This document shows, piece by piece, positions 28,001 through 37,200 of a DNA stretch of 64,000 nt (position 1 is the stretch's first letter; each line of letters begins with the position of its first letter). The stretch comes from Anolis carolinensis. Its lineage: Eukaryota. The notes beneath the pieces are model-generated. The model had not been told where the DNA came from, did no database searches, and saw nothing but the letters and a program-made list of their open reading frames with translations. Location of the stretch: contig NC_085841.1 in assembly GCF_035594765.1 (NCBI RefSeq), positions 243,804,689-243,868,688 of the forward strand, written 5' to 3'. A program made the position numbers and the translations under genes.

Positions 28001-31000
28001 AACCTGGAAGGTGGTTTTGAGCTGCTTCTCCATCTTGCTTAGAAGGTCAAAACTGACGATGTTTATTAATCTTGCCATCAGGCAGTCCTTGCCCGTTGCT
28101 ATGACACTGATGGTATCTGCACTCAAGGAAGGAAGCCACCTGTGGAAAGCCTGAAGCAGCACAAAAGAGACAAGTGAAAAATATTATTTTTTTGCATCTT
28201 AACTGTCTAAAGCCCATAGCTACTTTTCACAAATAGTTGACATCAACCAATAATGTGTTTCTTTTCGGTCTCCAAAGTATTGCTAAACTCTTAATTGTAT
28301 TCACCCCAACAGAACACATCTGAATTCAGTCACTATTATTTCAAATGTCAAACTGAGGTTAGAACTGCATCTGCACCAGTTGTTTTTCATAAAAGATGTC
28401 CTTTGCTCAATGTGTCTCACACTCAGTTCTGCGAACACATTTGCTGTCCCCAAACTACTATCTCATTAATGCCATACTCCTTTGTTCTGTATTGTTCCTC
28501 ACAAAGAAACAGTTTGCACTGAAGCAATTCCAGTCTGTGAAGCAATTATGACTACAGATGAGGGAGCAAAGGCTATCAAGTGTTCTTCCACAGAAAAACA
28601 AAAACAAGAAAATGGTACATCAAGAGGTTCCAGCCTACGCACATTTCTAACATATCAAGTTTTAATCGTGTAGGGATGTCTTTTTGTCAGGAAGCATTCA
28701 TATGACAGACATACATACTATAGTTTCAAGGTGCTATGACTAAGAAAAAGGCAAAGTCCACCCTACAGAAAACAAGGCCAGTCAATAAACAGACACTCTG
28801 CTATAAGTACTTCCCTCCCATTCGCTAAAAAAACCCTTCCAAATTCTGTGTCACAAAATGTTAGTGTGTTGGCTGCAGTGTGTAGGTGTGTTGTGTGAAT
28901 ATAATCTTGAAAATGTATGTTATTATCTTACAAATCGTATCTTTTTAAAACTATAAATTAAAGGTTTTCATACTGTTATTACAATTTTGTATGTGTTTGT
29001 ATCTCTTGTAAGGAGTTGGTTTAACCTCTGGTTTGCTAGTAAAACTAAATTACTGTGTTGAGAAAAGATGCATGTCTAAAAACTGTCGCCAACATGGAAT
29101 GTTTGGAAAGTTTTGCACTTAAAACCTTTGGAGCCTTGCTTCATCCCCAAATGAGGTAGCAGATTCTCTTTGGAATAATGAGTGAAAATCACAAAGAGTA
29201 TTGAAGCAGTGATGCTAAATGACAGCATCTCTGTAGTTTTATAAATCTTTTATAAATTAATGCAAAGCAATTATTTTCTCAATCCCACCATCCTCTTTTT
29301 GCCTACATGAAAAGTTACTGTCTTTATCTTCGTAATCAAGAGAAATAACTAAAAAGAATACTGAAATTCTAGTACTTACCTCTGCCCACGTATATCTCAC
29401 AGAGGAAGGTGCTATTACCAACAGAGGCCACTCTTTTTGGTAATAGGCAGCAATGCAGATTGCCTGGATTGTTTTCCCTAAACCCATGTCATCAGCAAGG
29501 AGCAAACGCCCATCTCTGGAGATAGCAAAACTGAAGACAGACAGAAAGAAAGAAAGGATAAAAGCCATGTGTTACTATTTCCAATCCCCCAATGAATTAC
29601 ACTCTTCTAAAGTCTAAATTGGGGTCCATCATCTCTCCATTCACAAAAAAAAGTTATTTGTGCTTTTCTCTTTTCAGATGCTAAATGCTCATAAATAATC
29701 TTTGATAAATTACAGTAGAGTCTCACTTATCCAACATAAACAGGCCAGCAGAATGTTGGATACGTGAAAATGTTGAATAAGGAGGGATTAAGAAAAAGCC
29801 TATTAAACGTCAAATTACGTTATGATTTTACAAATTACGCACCACAATATCATGTTTTACAACAAATGGACTGAAAATGCAGTTCAATACACGATAATGT
29901 TATGTAATAATTACTGTATTTACAAATTTAGCACCAAAATTTCACAATGTATTGAAAAATTGACTACAAAAACATCAACTACTAAAAGGCAAACTGCGTT
30001 GGATAATACAGAACATTGGATAAGCGAAGGTTGGATAAGTGAGACTCTACTGTATTACTACCTTTATTTATGTCCTGCTCCTTTACGAAAGTTGCAGCTC
30101 AAAAAGGCTGTTGCATACCTTGAATCATTTCCAACTTAGGCTGAGCCTAAGGCAACTGTGGAGCCTAAATACCATAAGACCATTGGACCCTGTCCAATCT
30201 TGTAAGCTAAGCAGAGTGAACTCTGGATAGTGCTTGGGTGGAAAACAGCCAATGAACCTGAGATACTGATGGCTATATTTCAGAGGAAGGAGCTGATAAA
30301 ACCATCTCTGAGCATTCCTTACTTAAGAAAACCCTAAAAATTCATGGGGTTGTCATTAAGTGGAAACACATAATGCAAATTTGTCACAGGGTTTTCTCAG
30401 AGGGTTTGCTTCCCTTTGGTTGAGAGAGTATGACTGCCTAAGGTCACCCAATGGATTTGCATGGTTAAATGTGGATTTGAACCTTGGTCACAGTCCAAAG
30501 TGAAAATTACTACACCACACTTGCTCTCCAGAAGGACTAGGCATGTAGAAAGGAAGTCTGTAAGCAATTAAGTCTGATTAGGGAAACCCTTTGAGTTGTG
30601 GCAAATTAACACTAAGAGCAATGCCTCTCACTTTTCCTAATATGTCTTTATAAGAGTCCAGTTACTGGTATGTCTGATGCTCTTACAATGGGAAATGCAG
30701 CAGACTCTGTTCTCTCTATGTGGGGAAAGGAATAGTTGATGTGAAAGGCTAGCTGTCAAGATTGTGAGCACTCATAAATGAAGCACAAAGCACAACATTC
30801 TGAATGTAGTAGTATAATACCTTGCTTCCTGAGAATGCCAGCCTTCATTTTCTAAATTGAGCAGGTAGCACTAGCAGGATGACTTAATTAGATGCCACCT
30901 AGTCAGAGTTTTATTTGCACATGATACCAGCCTAGTTGTTGGCCCAATCTGGGTCCAACAACTGGGCTAGTTCTTCCAAATTATGCTGAGTGAGAAGCGT

Positions 31001-34000
31001 GGGGCAGGGTGGCAAATCAACAGCATTCCAATATGAAGAACTTTTCTTCAGAAATTGAACACTTGACTTACTTCACACCTTCTCTCTGAAATGGCATGAG
31101 GCTATTCACAACATGAGGCTCTACTTCTGAAAGGTCTGCTTCAGGGACATCTGCAGCTTTCAAGACAGACTTCCCAAACTGAGAGGCAAAAACTTGTACT
31201 ACAGGCTTAGGCAGGGGCTCCAACTCCACTTCTGGAAGGAACTTTACCATTTGAACTGTAAGAAACATTCACAAAATAAATGCATGTCCTTAGAATTATC
31301 TCTAAGTGACATTCAGTCATGAACATGAATTAGAATACAAAGAAAACAGCTTGATTCGTGGATCAGTCTCATGGGCATGTTTAAATACATTATCATTCTT
31401 AAGCTTTCAAGTTAAAAGAAACAACCCTAATAGTGAGCTTATGAAAAAAAGCAAAGATATGTATGCAAGTAAATGGGTGTGAACAAACAAACCATGCCAC
31501 TTTCTATACATTTAAAAACTATCTTAAAAAAAATAAAATGTGAAAAACTTGCTTGTTTTATTAATTCCTAGACTGCTGAGTTCTAAGCACTGTGTGACAT
31601 TTCCTTAGCACTGCCTTCTCTGAGATTAAATTTAGAAAGTAGAACTTTATTGAGAANNNNNNNNNNNNNNNNNNNNNNNNNNNNNNNNNNNNNNNNNNNN
31701 NNNNNNNNNNNNNNNNNNNNNNNNNNNNNNNNNNNNNNNNNNNNNNNNNNNNNNNNNNNNNNNNNNNNNNNNNNNNNNNNNNNNNNNNNNNNNNNNNAAT
31801 AAAAAAATTACTAATTCACTCCAGAAAGGTAAAATATGTCGACTCTGGATGAAACAAAGTTAATCAACTCGTAGTTTATCCTGATACATCAAACTTCCAC
31901 TGCAATTAACTGGGATAAATAAAACAAAACTCTCCACAACCCTGTAAAATATGAGTTAGAACACAATTCTGATAGTGAAAATGTACTTGAAAGTTCACAT
32001 TTGCACTCACTTAATTTATTATAACTGCTGGGTATTGCTCACAAACTAAACATTGATTATTTTAATTTTTTTACCTCTAGATGGAAGGCAGTTTAAACCT
32101 ATGCTACATCACAAGATCTTTTGCAATGAAAACATATCAATATTATATGGAAGGATTTCTATCTGTACTTGTATGACAGGTTGTTCCATATGTACCGTAT
32201 TACTTCATCTGTGCTTCTCATTGTAGGAGCTGCTCTCCTACCCTGTTATTATGCTCAGAAAGTTGCCTGCTAGAATTATCGACTCATGAGCTGCAGCAAT
32301 TACACAATTGTTACAGTTCTGAGGACAAGTTTCAAAAATTAGATGTCACAGTAGCTTGAGTGATTCATCAAAAAGGCTTCTTTCCCCCGTTTTCTTGTCC
32401 TCGGATGACCTTTTCTCTGAAGACAATTGAGTGACTAAACTTGGTAAAATGATGCTAGAGAAAGTTTCAGAGCCCTTCTAGAAAAGAAATGTTCAAGACT
32501 CCTCATTAGAAGACTGCAAAATACAAAATATGGTTTTACTAAGGCAGATACAATGGGATCAAGCTTCCACACTCCTATCACAAGTATAGTACACTTAATT
32601 CCCCCATTTGGTGCATCAGCTGGAACAACGTGCATCATTCTGGAAGAAACTCTACATAGCTTCTCAGGAGAGGGAGCAAGCAAAGGTTGGGTGGGAGTTG
32701 GATTTAGTCTTTCTTGATCTCCTCCTTCAAAACATGCTGGGAAGTGTGAGGTTTTCCAGATGTTGTCAGACTGCAAGTCTCACCAGCCACTGCGAAAGCC
32801 AATTGTGATAATGGCAGCTACAATTCAGTAACAGTGGAAGGGCTGCACACTCCCTAGAACAATGTTCCTGAAGAGCTGCTTTCCCATTTTTGTAGCCAGT
32901 CCATAAAGAAACAGAGTCTTTGTATGAACCATATGCCTTCTGTAAATCCAAAATTATTTTAGGGTGATACACAACTTCCCATCAATACAAACCGTTGAGG
33001 CAAGTGCCAAAAGTACCGGCACTATAAATGTTTACATACATCTGAATAATATTTGGCCAATATATCCCACTTATACAACTACAGGAGAAACATGTTTGTC
33101 TTCTAGTCTAACAGATGCAACTATTTCTACTATTATATGTTATATGTTATGATCAGACTGTCCAGAAATAGGCATTTTCATCTTTTACATAGACAACCTT
33201 GGCATATTATTATAGGACTCACACTGGAGAAACAGTGGGATATAAATTAAATTATAGCACAATATTGTAAGGAAGTGGAACCCATGAGCTTTTATCTGCT
33301 TTATAAAGCTACAGAAGAAGCAAAGGTCATCACAGCTTTAGCCACCTCTAAGTTAAGAAATAAGTCTTATAAACTAAGCTTGAGTGAAGACCTAATCTCT
33401 CAAGAGCTTGCAAAGAAGTAGTTTCTTACTTAGTTCTAGGTAGTCTTCTAGCAGGAAACTCCATTTTCTGGTCTTCATATCTGAAAGAAGTCATAACAAA
33501 GAACTGCACAGGTTAGAAACACAGCTTTCTAACATTTCATAGCTCCAACTACACTGAAAATGTATTGCACTCTAAGAATCATTCGAAATAAATAGTAATT
33601 TCATTTATGAGTCAGCCTATAGCTACATCTCTCAGGGTAACTCATAACAAGACAAGACAAGAAAATCAAGAATGAATACACACACAGACACATTAAAATA
33701 AAAACAGAAATAAAAACAAAACTATTCCAAGTAGAATATGTATTTCAAAACAGAAAAAAGAATGGCAGCTGTCACAGGGCAGCTTTCAAATTATATAAAA
33801 GGCCTGAAAAAAATAAAGTCTCAGTTTAATAGAGATCCTACTAAGAACATTCCATATTTGGAGATCAGGGCTCCCCAAGTGGTTTTCAATTTGAATGCAA
33901 GGTTAAAAGTCTTGTGATATTACAAACTGCAACTACAAATTGCACAAGGCATCATGTAGGATCTAAGCCTTATCCTAAGTAGTCATGACTAACAAACCTT

Positions 34001-34185
34001 AAAAGTCATTATAATTAACACCTATCTTTTGATTTCTGTTCCTATTCCTGTTCATTGAAAAGAGAGTAGACACTAAGTCAAAGCAGGCTTCCTTAAAAAC
34101 CAGTGCAATTCAAGTCCTGATATGAAGACTTAAGCAGGCCTCACTTCTCACTCTTCAAGTTTGAAGGTGGGTGAAACAGACCCCA

Positions 34186-34218
<33 letters not shown>

Positions 34219-37200
34219 GTTATATAGTGATCTGAATGCACATCTACACTTGAAGGAAAGGCCCCCTTCAAATGCCTTGGGCCAAAAATTCGTTCAGGCC
34301 TTCAAACATTAGCGTGAACTTTATGATATAGGTCTACAAGAAACTAGAAATCGGTAATATTGAAATAATATGCTCCAGGCAGCATGTCCCGTCTAGAAAT
34401 CCAACTGCAGTACTTTGGATCAAATGAAGTTTTTGAACACTGTACAAAACAAATCAATGCAAAGCATATTTCAGACCAACATGCATATTTATAATGGCAT
34501 GAATCACAGATGTGGCTGTTCCATGAAAAGGTGTTATCACTGCTAACCTCGCTAAAAAGTACTCCCAAGTAGAAATATTATCTGGCTATTCAATAATAAA
34601 AACAGACTGAGAAGCAACACAAATCCAAAACTTTTAAGGAAATTTGACTCTGTCTACAACAAACTATTCAGTGGCTTCCAAACCAACACAACTACTGTTT
34701 TCCTATGCTAATGGATAAACATCAGTATTATTTCATGTGGTTGTTTGCCCATTCCAGTCCATTACTAGCTGCAGGGAAAAGAGATTATTCTTATTAGCAT
34801 GTTGTTAGGTTTTCAATTCAAATCTCCAGCAGATTCATACAGATGTTAAACAACAGGAGACACATTAGGGTTCATAACATGTCATAGCTAGAATTCCCAA
34901 TTGTAGTTATATATGTATAACCTAAGGCCCTTCCACAGCCATATAACCCAGAATATCAAGACTGAAAATCCCACAATATCTGCTTTGAACTGGGTTATCT
35001 GAGTCCACACTGCCATATATTCCAGTTCAAAGCAGATAATGTGGGATTTTATTCAGCTGTGTGGAAGGGGCTTTAGAGTTAGGCTTCCTTAATTTACTTG
35101 TACTCACAATCCTATGTATTCAATATTGTGGCAATAGTGCATGTAATATGTATGGATAGTAAAAGTCATCCAACTCTGCCTTACCAAGTATCAGCTGCTG
35201 CAAGCAACAGAGATCTGTTTTCCTGTCAATCATGAGATTCTAGAACTGGTTCCTATGGGCTTTATAGTCCATCTGCTAATTAATTTACAGAATATTTGAT
35301 AGCATCTCTGATGGACACTGGTTGTGCTCAAGGGACTGAATTGTTTTAAATTAATTTCCCTTTGATTAAATAGCCAAAAAAGTGTGCATTAGACTTGAGT
35401 AAATATGGTAGTATAGTGACATTCCTACCACTCTTCCCCTGACATGAAATCAGTAACCAAGGTTTAAATCAGTTACTTAGGAAGATCTAATTATATGGCA
35501 TCTCTTAGTCTTACAGCCCCATCCACACCATGTTGCCTCACTGAGCACCAGCTACTGTATGTAATGAAAGTCAATTCTCCAGTTAATAGGGAAGTATCAC
35601 ACTGATATTTTTAACAATCTTTGGGTGTGAAAAGGAATTGTAACAGGGATTTTGCTTCTGACTTTTACACCGGAAATCACTGTCAGGACAGGAGTAGAAA
35701 CATAATTTTGATAGAACAGATTTCCATCACTCACAGCAGCAAATGCCTAAGTCAGGATGGGGAGGAAGGATCAGGTCAGGACACACTACAATGATAACTT
35801 CATTGGGAGTGTCAAAAGACTCTGAAATTAATGGGGATTCTAGATCAGATACTTGTGTATACTGAATTAAGTAGTATATCTAGGCTTTTACTTTTATTAA
35901 TAACCATGCAAGATGCCCAACACACAGCCACTAGCAGCGAAAAAGCTTCAAAGTAGCCATTCCATGTTTTTCTACTGGTAACAAACATGGTATTTTAGAC
36001 AGTTATAGGTAACAAACATGGTATTTTAGACAGTTAAAACCAATGAAGAATAAAACAATGACACAACTACTTATACTTAGCTTTTTATTTTATTATAATT
36101 AAGGGGAAAACATAACTTCAGGCAGTGCCCAGATTATGAAGAAGCTAGGTTCTATAGGTTTGTTCTTAAGTTGAATTTGTTTGCAAGTTGGATGGAGATG
36201 GATGGAGATGATAGATATAGGATTTTGAACCAGGCGTTCCACATAGTTAAATCAATGCAATGACATAATTTGGAATCACTGTTCCAGGAGGTAGAGGGGA
36301 ATTGGGAAACGGGTTATACACATCCAAGGAATATATCAGCCATCAATTAAGCTAACGTGACTTTTGGAACAATGTAGATTGAGATAAGATCTGTATGAAA
36401 AAAGTTAATGGAATGAATGTATCCATAAAATAAAAAAATTAAAAGCAGAAGGAAAAAAATTGTATGTAAGTCAGAATACATTTTTTAAGTGTGACTCCGG
36501 CCAAAAAAAAATTGGTTTTTGATAGCATAAGGAAGGTTTTACACCCAGTAACATTTGTTTTGCTGTCTGTGCCCCTGTTCAGAATATTCCACCTCATTTT
36601 CTGCCCCTGCAAAACTTGGATTTTGAAAACAAAGTGGAGCTGTTTTCAGTGGAACTCTCTTACAGGAGTGAATTTCCCTTCCTAGAGGAAGATTTCCTCT
36701 CACTTTCTGTTGTCTCATCCTCCTCCCCCCTTGTAACTAGGGGTTGTATGTAAGTTGAATGTTTGTAACTCAGAGACAGCCTGGATATAAGAATCATCAC
36801 ATATCAAAAGGAGCCAATGGAATTACATCAACAATGACCAGACTGGAAATGCACACTTGCACAAACCGCATAGTGACACTACTATATTTAGAACATTCTG
36901 TCTAAAGAGGAACAATATCAAAAGCAAAGGTAAGTAGAACAGTCATGGCTGCATTGCTGAAATGAAAAGATACTGATCAGAAAACTTACCATAATTCCTA
37001 GAGTTCAACTGCTTGAATATCCCTATAATATCGGCAGAATATCCAATATCTACTTCAAACCGAGAGTATGAGATCAGGACACATTTTCCTCTCAAGGTTG
37101 CTGATAGTTTCTGCCAGCCAATGCATGTCTGCAAGACGGATCTCAAGCAAAACGTTTTACCAACAGAAGACGGTTTAGTAGACCCAGTGGGAGCCTCAAT

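Noticed and set aside
30150-30275. 5S rRNA gene
   Set aside because: Too diverged, no proper termini, and fused to a SINE body.
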